Source: Acidimicrobiaceae bacterium
Lineage (GTDB): Bacteria; Actinomycetota; Acidimicrobiia; Acidimicrobiales; Aldehydirespiratoraceae
Direction of reading: 5' to 3'
Assembly (NCBI GenBank): GCA_009845995.1
Contig: VXYK01000039.1
Span: 2,640-66,639 of the forward strand
DNA length: 64,000 bases
Made by a program: the position numbers and the translations under genes. Shown here one piece after another: positions 17,170 to 26,470 of this stretch (its first letter is position 1; each line of letters starts with the position of its first letter). The notes below the pieces were generated by a model. That model ran no database searches. It was not told where the DNA came from and saw only the letters and a list, made by a program, of their open reading frames with translations.

Positions 17170-19228
17170 CGACACCGACAGTACCGTTTTCGCGCGTCCA
17201 GACCCCGGACCCATCAAGAGACCACGCCAAACAATCGTCGGCAAGGTTCGCTTCGAGCACCTCGAGGAGCCGATTCTCAAGATCTTGGTCGCCTATTTCG
17301 AGAAGAACTTCCACCCGCCGATCAAGATTCCTCCGCATCAGGTCGGCGCTGCCGATATAGGTGCGACTCTGACGGTTGCAACCACCGTTCACTCTCCCAC
17401 CGTCAGCGCGCCCGCCATCAGCTCTCCCGCCATTCGCGAAGTGGAAGATCCGCGAATGCTCCAGATATCGGCCCACAATCGAGCGAGCCCGGATGTTCTC
17501 GGACATTCCCTCGACTCCCGGTCGCAAGCAGCACACACCACGAATAATCAGATCGATTTCGACTCCCGCGCCGGATGCTTCGTAGAGCTTTCTGATCATT
17601 TCGGTGTCGACGAGACTGTTCATCTTGAGGATCATCCGGCCCTGACCGCTGGCAATCTCAGAATCGATCAACTCATACAGGCGTGAGCGCAGCATCTCGG
17701 GTGCCACAAGAATCCGCTCGTAGTCGCGAGCTCGGCTGTACCCGGTGAGATAGTTGAACAGATCGGCCAGGTCGTCTCCGACCACAGGATCGGCCGTCAG
17801 CAGACCGATGTCTTCGTAGAGCCGGGCGGTGCGGTGGTTGTAGTTGCCGGTGCCAACGTGGCAGTAGCGACGGATACCGTCAGTCTCTTCACGCACGACC
17901 ATGGCGATTTTCGAGTGAATCTTGAGACCGACGATGCCATAGGCCACATGCACTCCCGCCTGTTCAAGGCGCCGGGCCCAACCGATATTGGCCTCCTCGT
18001 CGAACCTCGCCTTGACTTCGATCAACACCGCCACCTGTTTGCCTCGCTCAGCAGCGTCAATCAGCGCATCGATGATGGGGCTGTCTCCAGATGTTCGATA
18101 GAGCGTGAGTTTGATGGCGAGGACCGATCTGTCCCGGCTGGCTTGCCGAACAAGCTGGACAACCGACCTGCTGAACGACGAATACGGGTGGTGGAGCAGC
18201 ACATCTCGATGGGCCAGCACATCAAACAGGTTGCTCGGCTCGTTCTCGGAGGTGAGTCCTGGCTCGGTGATCCCACGCCAATGCGGCCATTTCTGGCGTC
18301 CAAGGTCGAGATCGGCCACAGCGTTCAGTGAAGTCGCGTCCAACGGAAATGAACTCGAGTAGACGTCAGCCGGGTCGAGATCAAGTTCCCGGACCAACAG
18401 TTCCAGGGTTTGCTGCGACATCACCGACGCAACCTCAAGGCGGACCGCGCGTCCGAAACGCCTGCGCCGCAACTCAATCTCAACCGCCGCGAGCAGGTCT
18501 TCAGCTTCTTCTCCCAGGGTCAAGTCGGCGTTGCGGGTGACACGAAACGGCGCTGACTCGACAATGTCCATGCCCGGGAACAATTGGTCGAGGTGAGCCG
18601 CGAGGACCGATTCAAGGGAAACAAAGCGAAGGCCTCGATCCAGAGAAATCCAACGCTCGAGCGTGTTCGGGACTTTGACACGAGCAAAACGTCTCTCTCG
18701 ATCAGCGGGGTTGCGGACAACCACAGCAAGATTGAGCGATAGATCCGAGATATAGGGGAACGGGTGACCGGGGTCAACCGCCAACGGAGTGAGTATCGGG
18801 AAGATACGACGGCGAAACCTCTCGGTGATCGTGTCTTGCTCGTCGCTGGTCAGGTCATCGAACTCGAGCAGTTCGATGTTCATCTCGTTGAGGGCGGGCA
18901 GGACCTGAGTGGCGAAGATCTTTTCCTGCCGTGCTCCGAGCTCAAGAACCACCGAGCGGATGTCTTCGATCTGTTTGCGGGGAGTTCGGCCGTCCGGACC
19001 CACCGCGGAGATACCCGCGGCGATCTGATCATGAAGCCCCGAAACCCGCACTTGAAAAAACTCGTCAAGGTTGCTGGCGTAGATCGACAGGTAGCGAACC
19101 CGCTCGAGCAGCGGAACTTTCAAGTCGGCGGCAAGTTCTAGGACTCTGCCGTTGAACGCCAGCCAACTCAACTCGCGGTTCAACACCGTGGTGTCGTTAA
19201 CGTCCCAGCCACCGACCCGAACACTCAC
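17120..19228 (-). CDS. ppk: Polyphosphate kinase 1
   Basis: RELSWLAFNGRVLELAAD..PLLERVRYLSIYASNLDEFFQVRV, HSKIAMVVR, YIGSADLMRRNLDRRVEV. GTG start 19228 overlaps the stop of the upstream ROK gene (GTGA). Confidence 0.9.
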   Translation of the reverse strand: MSVRVGGWDVNDTTVLNRELSWLAFNGRVLELAADLKVPLLERVRYLSIYASNLDEFFQVRVSGLHDQIAAGISAVGPDGRTPRKQIEDIRSVVLELGARQEKIFATQVLPALNEMNIELLEFDDLTSDEQDTITERFRRRIFPILTPLAVDPGHPFPYISDLSLNLAVVVRNPADRERRFARVKVPNTLERWISLDRGLRFVSLESVLAAHLDQLFPGMDIVESAPFRVTRNADLTLGEEAEDLLAAVEIELRRRRFGRAVRLEVASVMSQQTLELLVRELDLDPADVYSSSFPLDATSLNAVADLDLGRQKWPHWRGITEPGLTSENEPSNLFDVLAHRDVLLHHPYSSFSRSVVQLVRQASRDRSVLAIKLTLYRTSGDSPIIDALIDAAERGKQVAVLIEVKARFDEEANIGWARRLEQAGVHVAYGIVGLKIHSKIAMVVREETDGIRRYCHVGTGNYNHRTARLYEDIGLLTADPVVGDDLADLFNYLTGYSRARDYERILVAPEMLRSRLYELIDSEIASGQGRMILKMNSLVDTEMIRKLYEASGAGVEIDLIIRGVCCLRPGVEGMSENIRARSIVGRYLEHSRIFHFANGGRADGGRADGGRVNGGCNRQSRTYIGSADLMRRNLDRRVEVLLEIGDQDLENRLLEVLEANLADDCLAWSLDGSGVWTRENGTVGVDVHETLQEFARGRARG
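17381..17434. repeat. Imperfect 15-bp tandem triplication inside ppk encoding NGG-RADGG-RADGG-RVNGG
   Basis: Minus strand reads GGC GGG AGA GCT GAT / GGC GGG CGC GCT GAC / GGT GGG AGA GTG AAC / GGT GGT. It sits in the FHFANGG...YIGSADLM loop of PPK1. Confidence 0.7.
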
Positions 19229-20172
19229 ATCCGACCCTCCTCAACGAGCAGGGCCGCGCCCAACGCTCCGCTGGAGTCACCGGTGGACGCAGAACGGATC
19301 GGCACCACGTTCCCGGCAAAAACACGGGTCGCAAGCCTTGCGGCAACATCGTCTCGGAACTCCGGTCCAAGTCTCTCGGCCATCCCGCCACCGAGCACGA
19401 CCATCTCGATATCGATCAAGTTGACCACTGAAGCCAGCGCCGACGACAGGGCTTCCGCGGCTTGGTCGATGAGACGAGAGGCCACGCGATCACCGTCGTC
19501 CAGCGCGCGTTTCCAAAGTTTGGATTTCATTTGGCCCTCACCGGCAAGCGCAATCAGCGCAGACGATTCACCATGTGTATGCAGAGTTCGCGCGCGGCGC
19601 TCAAGTGCTGAACGTCCGGCATAGTCTTCAAGCTCGCCTAGACCCACGTTGCCTGCTGTCGACCGGTTCTTTGCCGTGAAATCGACAATGGTGTGGCCGA
19701 ATTCGCCTGCGATTCCACGTGGTCCGCGACGCAACTTTCCGTCGAGAATCAGCCCCGCTCCAACACCGGTGCCCATGAACACGCCGACAAGGTTGTCCAC
19801 ACCTCGACCCGCACCCAAGCGGTGCTCGGCGAGCGTTGCCACGTTGCAATCGTTGTCGACGAAAACCGGTCGTTGATCGAATCGAGCGGACAGTTCGCCG
19901 GCCACGTCAACAGGGGAGGTCCAGCCCGAGAGGTTGCAGGCGAGCGGAAGCACCCCGCTGCCCGGTACCACCGGACCGGGTACCCCCACACCTATCCCCG
20001 AAGCGATCCCATCGGGATCAACTTCAACCGCAGCAGCGGTCATCGCATCCAGAATGCCCTCAGGCCCTTCGTTGTTCGGCGTGGACAGCTTGTGTTTGTC
20101 GAGCACCTCGCCGTTGTCGGCGAGCACCGCCAAGATCTTGGTGCCTCCGAGATCAATACCGATCGACGCCAT
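19225..20172 (-). CDS. ROK-family sugar kinase (glucokinase, possibly polyphosphate-dependent)
   Basis: MASIGIDLGGTKILAVL, GVGVPGPV, GAGLILDGKLRRGPRGIAGEFGH. Translationally coupled to ppk. Confidence 0.8.
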   Translation of the reverse strand: MASIGIDLGGTKILAVLADNGEVLDKHKLSTPNNEGPEGILDAMTAAAVEVDPDGIASGIGVGVPGPVVPGSGVLPLACNLSGWTSPVDVAGELSARFDQRPVFVDNDCNVATLAEHRLGAGRGVDNLVGVFMGTGVGAGLILDGKLRRGPRGIAGEFGHTIVDFTAKNRSTAGNVGLGELEDYAGRSALERRARTLHTHGESSALIALAGEGQMKSKLWKRALDDGDRVASRLIDQAAEALSSALASVVNLIDIEMVVLGGGMAERLGPEFRDDVAARLATRVFAGNVVPIRSASTGDSSGALGAALLVEEGRM

Positions 20173-20213
20173 TTGTTACTCCCTCTATGACTCTCCCGAA
20201 CCTCGCGGTCGGC

Positions 20214-20498
20214 TCACGCCCTCACCACTTCGTCTTCTGGGTAACCAAGGTCCCATTCGACGACGATGCGCTCGCGTTCCCCGTCACGGTTGACTCGTTC
20301 GCGATTTCGTCGGAATTGGGGATCGTGCGGCGGAAGGAGCAACAACCTGGCGTTCACCCGGTCGCGGAAACCGTCCATCAACTCGCGTTCTCCGAATACC
20401 GCGCGGATGTCCCAATGCGGAGCGGTGGGTCCGAGATAGACGATCATCGCCTGGCCTACTGGCGACTCGTCATATTCGGCTTCTGCGGTATCGGTCAT
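20214..20498 (-). CDS. Hypothetical protein (94 aa)
   Basis: ORF with ATG at 20498 (MTDTAEAEYDE...). No motif recognised. Confidence 0.4.
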   Translation of the reverse strand: MTDTAEAEYDESPVGQAMIVYLGPTAPHWDIRAVFGERELMDGFRDRVNARLLLLPPHDPQFRRNRERVNRDGERERIVVEWDLGYPEDEVVRA

Positions 20499-20562
20499 CA
20501 CAGCTCCTAGGACTTCGATTCGTGCTGGTTTCACGACAGGACGCGCAAAACCGGCGCGGTCT

Positions 20563-20654
20563 GAGTTTATCGGAGCACGCGAGTTTATCGAAGCAAAGGG
20601 ACCGCTCTACGCGCGATCACTTCGAGACGATCACTCCGGGGTGATCACTTCGAG
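20563..20654. repeat. Two pairs of 12-bp direct repeats: GAGTTTATCG[G/A]A x2 and GATCACTTCGAG x2, plus a GATCACTCC half copy
   Basis: Read directly at 20563-20574 and 20581-20592, and at 20615-20626, 20629-20637 and 20643-20654. The region lies between the tatA 3' end and the start of the 94 aa gene. Confidence 0.6.
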
Positions 20655-20827
20655 GGAGTGGACTCCTCGTCGTCCGCGCCCTCTGACAATCCGGACTTGA
20701 ACTCTTTTTGTGCCTGACCGAGCGAGCGGGCCAATTTCGGGAGTTTGGCTCCACCAAACACGATCAAGACAATGACGAGAACGATGATCAACTCGGAGGC
20801 GGACGGGGTGGAAATCAGACCGTACAT
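20645..20827 (-). CDS. tatA: Twin-arginine translocase subunit TatA/E
   Basis: 60 aa. ELIIVLVIVLIVFGGAKLPKLARSLGQAQKEFKSG is the canonical TatA TM plus amphipathic helix. Confidence 0.85.
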   Translation of the reverse strand: MYGLISTPSASELIIVLVIVLIVFGGAKLPKLARSLGQAQKEFKSGLSEGADDEESTPSK

Positions 20828-20932
20828 GAGATCAGCTTAGCTGATACTGCTTGCATACGCCCCAGCGTCGCCGCTTTTGTATTTTCCAAAGCCGGTCCCG
20901 GCTTGACCGGCGTGCCCGAATCAAGACGTGAA

Positions 20933-21208
20933 TCAGGCCTGGCCGGCGGCGGCAGCCCGAGCCAGCGCTCGCTGGCGACGTACCCTGCGACGCTCGCGTT
21001 CGCTCTTGCCGCCCCAGATACCGAACTTCTCGCCGTTGCTGAGTGCGAATTCAAGGCATTCGTCTTGCACCACGCAACCACGGCAAACCTCTTTGGCCTC
21101 GCGTGTTGAGGCACCTCGCTCAGGGAAAAACAGGTCGGGGTCGACTCCGAGACAGTTGGCGTAGTTCTGCCAGACCAACTCTTCATGTTCGATATCGATG
21201 ACGGCCAT
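20933..21208 (-). CDS. whiB: WhiB-family [4Fe-4S] transcription factor
   Basis: C..DPDLFFPE ... AKEVCRGCVVQDECLEFAL....FGIWGG followed by a basic tail. Confidence 0.9.
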   Translation of the reverse strand: MAVIDIEHEELVWQNYANCLGVDPDLFFPERGASTREAKEVCRGCVVQDECLEFALSNGEKFGIWGGKSERERRRVRRQRALARAAAAGQA

Positions 21209-21327
21209 GGGTCCCTCCGTGGCACGTGAACCTGTGTTAGATTCAGTCCGTAAGTCGCACTAATGGAATTACAACACTGTGATTTCATATTGTAAAGCCC
21301 GCGTGCCAGATTTCCAGTCGATTTCCT

Positions 21328-21346
21328 TGATTTGCGCGACAAATCA
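21328..21346. promoter_or_regulatory. Perfect 7-bp inverted repeat TGATTTG-cgcga-CAAATCA, about 120 bp upstream of whiB
   Basis: Read directly in the relatively AT-rich 175-bp gap between the vWA gene stop and the whiB start. Confidence 0.35.
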
Positions 21347-21383
21347 GCGATTTGAACCCTGCGCTGGCGCTCAGAGGTACCGT

Positions 21384-23423
21384 TCAGCGCCTTGAACGGA
21401 CGATGCTGCGCCGATTATCGACGAAATCGTGAAGCACGTAGTTGCCGAGATCTTGGTTGGTCGTGAAGAAGGCGCGGCCACCGTTCAACCGGGAAATCTC
21501 CGACACGAAGTCCCGCAAGTACGGAGTCACATCCAACACGAAGGTATTGATGCGGATGTCTTCGCGGGTGCACCTCACCACTTCGGCAAGCGTTAAATCG
21601 ACCGTGGTGCGTGACGGCGGATAATTGAAGTACGGCTGGCCGGACTTGGTGATGTGCGCGGTCGGCTCGCCATCGGTGATCATGATGATCTGCTTGGTCC
21701 CGGTCTGCCGCGCCAGCAACTTGCGCGCCAGTTGAAAGCTGTGCTGCATGTTGGTGCCGTACACGTAGTCCCAAGACAGCTGCGGCAACGTGTTGGCATT
21801 GAACTCTCGCGCTACTTCCGAAAACGACACCATGCCGAGAAAGTCACGAGGGTACTGAGCCGAGATCAACGAGTGCAGCGCCATGGTCACCTTCTTGGCC
21901 GGCAGGAAGTTGTCCCGCATCGCCATCGACATCGACACATCAAGCATCAACACCGTTGCCGAACGGACCTGCTGTTCGGTCCGTTCGATCTCAAAGTCAT
22001 CAGGGTGCAGGCGAACCGGGACACCGCCACCGGTGCGAGATATAGCGTTGCGCAGCGTCTGCGGTATGTCGAGATTGAAAGCGTCGCCGTATTCATAGGG
22101 CTTCGTTTCATACTCTCGTTCGTGACCCAAGCCCGCCTCTGAGAGCGAGTGTCGACCCATCATGTCGTCGGACATGCGCTTGAAAATCTCTACTAGGGCA
22201 CCGTTGCCGATCTTGCGAATGGCTCGTGGAGTGAGTTCGTAGCGACCCTCAGAATTCTCGATGAGACCGGCCTCTTCCAACATGCGGGCCAACTCCGCCA
22301 TCCGTTCGAGACTCTCAGCTGACTCATCACCGAGCAGGTCGCGGGCACGGTCGATATCGACTTCGGCCAAAGCTCCAGGGTTGTTCGCTCCACGCAGGAG
22401 ATTGTCGAGCTGATCGATGTCGCCGAGCTCACCCATCATGTCCATCGCTGAAGACATATCGAGTGGGTCGGAGCCCTCGAAGTCGTAGGATTGGCTCCAA
22501 CCCATCTGCGGGAACTGCTCGCGGAGGTTGCCCGCAAGCTGGTCCATCTGCCAGCGCAGATCCATGTCCTCCATGAGCTGATCGCTCAAAGCCTGAAGCT
22601 GCGCGCGTTGCTCGGGTGACATGGAATTCATCATTTGTTGAGCTTGAGCCATCCGCTGTGCCATCACTTCGAGCAACTCGTCGAGCGTTCTCGGGTTTTC
22701 TGGAAAGAAATCGCCGTAGCGCTCCATGAAACCGTCGAAGTCGGGAACCTCACCATTGGCGCGCTGTTCGAGCATATGGTTGAGTTCAGCCAACATGTCC
22801 TTCAAGCGGGCCATGTCCTCAGAGGTCATGTCGTTGACGCCCTGGGCCATCTGATCGAGTTGTTGTTGCATGAGCTGCTCACGCAGTCGATCCATGAGTT
22901 CCTCAAATTGCTGCTGTGCCCGTTGGCTTTCGAACTCATAGCTCTGGAGGCCTTTGACCTTGCCGGCGAGGTCCGGCGGAAGCATGTCAAGCTCCATGTT
23001 CTTCATCGTCGCCGAGTCGTTGGCAAGCTCTGAACGCCTTTCGTCACCTGACTCGCTCGCCGAGTCAACCATGTCTTGCAAGGCTCTGCGCTCGGTGTCG
23101 ACAACTTCGTTGAGCGCGTCGGAAATCTCGTCGAAAACACCTCCGAGGTCGTGCTGGTCAAGGATTTCTCGGCGCCGGTCACGGAGTCGATCGAGCATCT
23201 CGCGGATGCCTTTCATGTGGCGTCCGTCTCGGTCCGTCATTCCGCCCTGCATGATCCGCCGCAGTGCACTGTTGACATCGCCGTGATACAGCAAGTCGTC
23301 AGCCAGCTCGTCAAAGAGACGATCAGCGTTGATATCGAACCCGCTCTGTGTGCCATCCCATGCCGAGTAGCGGAAGTGCGGCGGCCTGCGACGATTGCGG
23401 CGACGACGCCGACGGAGAACCAT
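21384..23423 (-). CDS. von Willebrand factor A (vWA) domain protein, the usual partner of a ChlI/MoxR-like AAA+ ATPase
   Basis: C-terminal MIDAS-type VLMLDVSMSMAMRDN ... KQIIMITDGEPTAH. Long helical, acidic N-terminal two-thirds. Confidence 0.7.
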   Translation of the reverse strand: MVLRRRRRRNRRRPPHFRYSAWDGTQSGFDINADRLFDELADDLLYHGDVNSALRRIMQGGMTDRDGRHMKGIREMLDRLRDRRREILDQHDLGGVFDEISDALNEVVDTERRALQDMVDSASESGDERRSELANDSATMKNMELDMLPPDLAGKVKGLQSYEFESQRAQQQFEELMDRLREQLMQQQLDQMAQGVNDMTSEDMARLKDMLAELNHMLEQRANGEVPDFDGFMERYGDFFPENPRTLDELLEVMAQRMAQAQQMMNSMSPEQRAQLQALSDQLMEDMDLRWQMDQLAGNLREQFPQMGWSQSYDFEGSDPLDMSSAMDMMGELGDIDQLDNLLRGANNPGALAEVDIDRARDLLGDESAESLERMAELARMLEEAGLIENSEGRYELTPRAIRKIGNGALVEIFKRMSDDMMGRHSLSEAGLGHEREYETKPYEYGDAFNLDIPQTLRNAISRTGGGVPVRLHPDDFEIERTEQQVRSATVLMLDVSMSMAMRDNFLPAKKVTMALHSLISAQYPRDFLGMVSFSEVAREFNANTLPQLSWDYVYGTNMQHSFQLARKLLARQTGTKQIIMITDGEPTAHITKSGQPYFNYPPSRTTVDLTLAEVVRCTREDIRINTFVLDVTPYLRDFVSEISRLNGGRAFFTTNQDLGNYVLHDFVDNRRSIVRSRR

Positions 23424-23553
23424 GGCGAAACCCTAACCCGTCGTCGCTTGCGCCGATGACTTCCGCATCGGATCCCCACAGCCCGTGCGGAGACCGGTTT
23501 GCACGGCTCCGACTACGCCCGGTGACGACAACTCTTGTTAACGTTGGCTAACA

Positions 23554-24183
23554 ATGAGTGAGGGAACTGTCGCTGAAACAGCTGAACCACCGACCCATGC
23601 CGACGAACCGAGCCGTCGACCTCCCAATCGAAGGGCGTTGATACTCGAAGCGGCGATTCAGCTGTTTCATGAACGGGGCTATCCCGCAACCAGCGTTGAC
23701 GACATCGGCAGTGCGGTTGACGTGAGCGGGCCCGCCATATACCGCCATTTCTCATCCAAAGAAGAAATCCTGATCGAGGCCATGATCCTCGCCGCCGACG
23801 AAGTCCACCAAGCAATCCAGGCCACGCAAGCAACCGAAGGCAACGGCGAACCGCTGCTTGAGCGCTATGTCAGCGCCTACGTGCGAACGGCGATGCGTCG
23901 CTCGGCACTCATCGCGGTGTGGACCAGTGAAGCCCGTCACCTCTCGGCGCAGCGCCGCTCCCCCATGTCGAGACGGCTGCGAGCCTGGATAAACGACTGG
24001 GCCGCCGTGCTGGCCTCAGTTCGGCCAGAGCTGACCAAAGATCAAGCCCACCTGCTGGTAACAGCCACTATCGGCATGATCACATCGGTCGCTACCACCG
24101 CCCGAGTCGATTGGCAAACTCAAGACCGACTAACAACCATTGCGATGGCGACGCTCCACGCGCCCATCGAACAAACCCAGTAA
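23554..24183 (+). CDS. TetR-family transcriptional regulator
   Basis: RRALILEAAIQLFHERGYPATSVDDIGSAVDVSGPAIYRHFSSKEEIL. Confidence 0.85.
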   Translation: MSEGTVAETAEPPTHADEPSRRPPNRRALILEAAIQLFHERGYPATSVDDIGSAVDVSGPAIYRHFSSKEEILIEAMILAADEVHQAIQATQATEGNGEPLLERYVSAYVRTAMRRSALIAVWTSEARHLSAQRRSPMSRRLRAWINDWAAVLASVRPELTKDQAHLLVTATIGMITSVATTARVDWQTQDRLTTIAMATLHAPIEQTQ

Positions 24184-24197
24184 CAGGAGAAACAGCA

Positions 24198-25037
24198 ATG
24201 CCCATCGACCCCGAAGCCGTCGGCAATACCAGCGAACCAGCGGACATAACCTGGTCATCAAGCGACAGCCTGCTCTACGCGCTCGGCGTCGGCGCGGGGA
24301 TGACCGACCCGACCGGCTTCGAGTTGGAATTCACCACCGAAAACACCAAGGACGTGCAACAACTTGCGCTACCCACCCAAGCCGTGGTGATGGGCGCCGG
24401 CAAAATGCCTAAATTCGGTGACTACAACCTCGCTGCCCTGCTGCACGGAGAACAGGAAATCGAGCTGCACCAAACCCTTCCCGCGGAAGGCTCGGGTATC
24501 GGCACCGGCAAAGTCGCAGCCATCTACGACAAGGGCAAAGCCGCTCTGGTGCGTCTCGAAACCACCGTCACCGATTCCTCGGGGGCACCGCTTTGGACCA
24601 GCCGTTCGGGGTTGTTCATCTCCGGCGAAGGAGGCTGGGGCGGTGACCGAGGTACGGCCAGCGACTGGGCTCTGCCCGAGCGCGATGCCGACACGGTGAT
24701 CGGTTACGACACCCGCACCGACCAGGCCCTGTTGTATCGCCTCAACGGCGACCGGAACCCACTGCACAGCGACCCGTCTTTCGCCGGGATGGCCGGCTTC
24801 GACAAACCGATCCTGCATGGACTCTGCACCTTTGGTTTCACCGGGAGGGCGCTGCTGCACGGACGCTGTGACGGCGACACGAGCCGCTTCGGGTCGATGG
24901 GCGGGCGCTTCAAGTCTCCGGTCATTCCCGGCGAGCGTCTCGACGTCCACATGTGGGATGTGAACGGTCAGACCCTGTTCCAAACCCGGGTCGGTGACCG
25001 AGTGGTCTTCGACGCCGGCGTCTTCACCCTCCGCTGA
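24198..25037 (+). CDS. MaoC-like (R)-specific enoyl-CoA hydratase/dehydratase (double hot-dog)
   Basis: Hydratase-2 motif YRLNGDRNPLHSDPSFAGMAGFDKPILHG. AGGAGA RBS before ATG 24198. Confidence 0.8.
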   Translation: MPIDPEAVGNTSEPADITWSSSDSLLYALGVGAGMTDPTGFELEFTTENTKDVQQLALPTQAVVMGAGKMPKFGDYNLAALLHGEQEIELHQTLPAEGSGIGTGKVAAIYDKGKAALVRLETTVTDSSGAPLWTSRSGLFISGEGGWGGDRGTASDWALPERDADTVIGYDTRTDQALLYRLNGDRNPLHSDPSFAGMAGFDKPILHGLCTFGFTGRALLHGRCDGDTSRFGSMGGRFKSPVIPGERLDVHMWDVNGQTLFQTRVGDRVVFDAGVFTLR

Positions 25038-25073
25038 GGTACTCAGCCAACGTACTCAGGTAACGTCAGGCCG

Positions 25074-26441
25074 ATGTATGTTCCCGCGCCTGAACACACC
25101 GGGCAGATCATCGCGTGGCTCGAGCGCGAACTGGGCGGAAAGGTCGTAGGGATCAAACAACAGCCGCGCTGGCGTCCAGTGTGGTTCGCTGACCTTGAGC
25201 GTGATGGTGAGACGCTGGAACTGTGTGTGCGAGCCGAGCGTGCCGACATGCCCTTGATCTTTCCGCTCGAGCACGAGATGCGTTTCCAATCGTTGCTGCA
25301 GGAGCGGGGCATTCCAGTCGCTGCGGTCCATGGAATGATCGATACACCGTATGCCTATGTGATGGACCGAGTCAGCGGGCAGGAACACTTTCCCGACACG
25401 CCCGACGACGAGCGTGCAGCGGCGGTCGACGACTACATCGGTCACCTCGCCAGGCTTCACGCCCTCGACCCCGAGCCGTTCGCGGCCGCCGGAATCACCC
25501 GAGCCAAGAACCCTGCCGCGTCGGGCACCGTGGGCCTGGCGCGCTACGAGGAGGTCTACCGATCCCAGAAGATGCACCCGGATCCCTTCCTGGAGTTCTG
25601 CCTCGGTTGGCTGCGCCGCAACCCGCCCGACTCCAAGGGGCGTGAGGCCCCCATCGTGTGGGACTCGGGTCAGTTTCATCACGCGGAGGGCAAGATCGTG
25701 GCCTTGCTCGATCTGGAGATCGCCCACATCGGCGACCCGATGATGGATCTCGCCGCTTGGCGGATGCGCGACACCATCGTCGGCTACGGCGACATGGGAA
25801 AGCTGTATGCCCGCTACGAGGAGTTGCGAGGCGAACCGATCGATCTCGACGCGATCCAGCACCACCACTTCGTCTTCACGCTCACCAACCAACTGGCGTT
25901 CAGCGCTGCTATCAAGGACCCGCCGCCCACCTCGGATCTCATGACGAACCTGCAATGGTGTTACGAGACCAACCTCTTCGCCACCGAAGCACTCGCCGAG
26001 ATGCTCAAGATCGAGCTGCCCGAAGTTGAGACGCCTGAGCCGGCGCGTTCGCAGGGCACAGCGGGACACCGCCACCTGGTGGGCATGCTGCGCTCGCAGC
26101 AGATCGACGACGCGGTGCAGCGTCACCAGATCCGCACCGCGTTCCGGCTGGCCCGTCACCTTGCCCGCATTGACGAGGTCGGTGACGCCACCGAGCAGGC
26201 CAACCTCGACGACCTGCATCTCCTGCTTGGGCACAGACCCGCCGACTGGCAGGAGGGAGAAGCCGAACTCGAACGTTTCGTGCTCGCCAACGCCGACACC
26301 AGTGTTCACGACGAGGAGCTTGTGAGGCTGTTTCACCGCCGCAATCTGCGCGCCCACATGCTTTTGGGACCGCCCGGCTCGGCGATGACCCAGCATCACC
26401 AGATCCAAAAGTTCGCCACCGATCCCGAGGGTGCAGAATAA
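25074..26441 (+). CDS. Phosphotransferase (APH/choline-kinase-like) family protein
   Basis: IVWDSGQFHHAEGKIVALLDLEIAHIGDPMMDLAAW (Brenner/APH-type catalytic region). The 477 aa ORF on the opposite strand is judged a shadow ORF. Confidence 0.7.
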   Translation: MYVPAPEHTGQIIAWLERELGGKVVGIKQQPRWRPVWFADLERDGETLELCVRAERADMPLIFPLEHEMRFQSLLQERGIPVAAVHGMIDTPYAYVMDRVSGQEHFPDTPDDERAAAVDDYIGHLARLHALDPEPFAAAGITRAKNPAASGTVGLARYEEVYRSQKMHPDPFLEFCLGWLRRNPPDSKGREAPIVWDSGQFHHAEGKIVALLDLEIAHIGDPMMDLAAWRMRDTIVGYGDMGKLYARYEELRGEPIDLDAIQHHHFVFTLTNQLAFSAAIKDPPPTSDLMTNLQWCYETNLFATEALAEMLKIELPEVETPEPARSQGTAGHRHLVGMLRSQQIDDAVQRHQIRTAFRLARHLARIDEVGDATEQANLDDLHLLLGHRPADWQEGEAELERFVLANADTSVHDEELVRLFHRRNLRAHMLLGPPGSAMTQHHQIQKFATDPEGAE

Positions 26442-26470
26442 CCAGAGGTGCGAATAAGCAGAGGTGCACA

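Noticed and set aside
15579-17547. Several 226-317 aa plus-strand ORFs opposite the MFS, NUDIX and ppk genes
   Set aside because: They are antisense to genes with clear motifs or topology, and their products are Arg/Pro/His-rich with no motifs.
20828-20932. Small hairpin AAGCCGG-tc-CCGGCTT between whiB and tatA
   Set aside because: The loop is too tight and there is no flanking U-tract in the orientation needed to terminate whiB. It is not convincing as a terminator.
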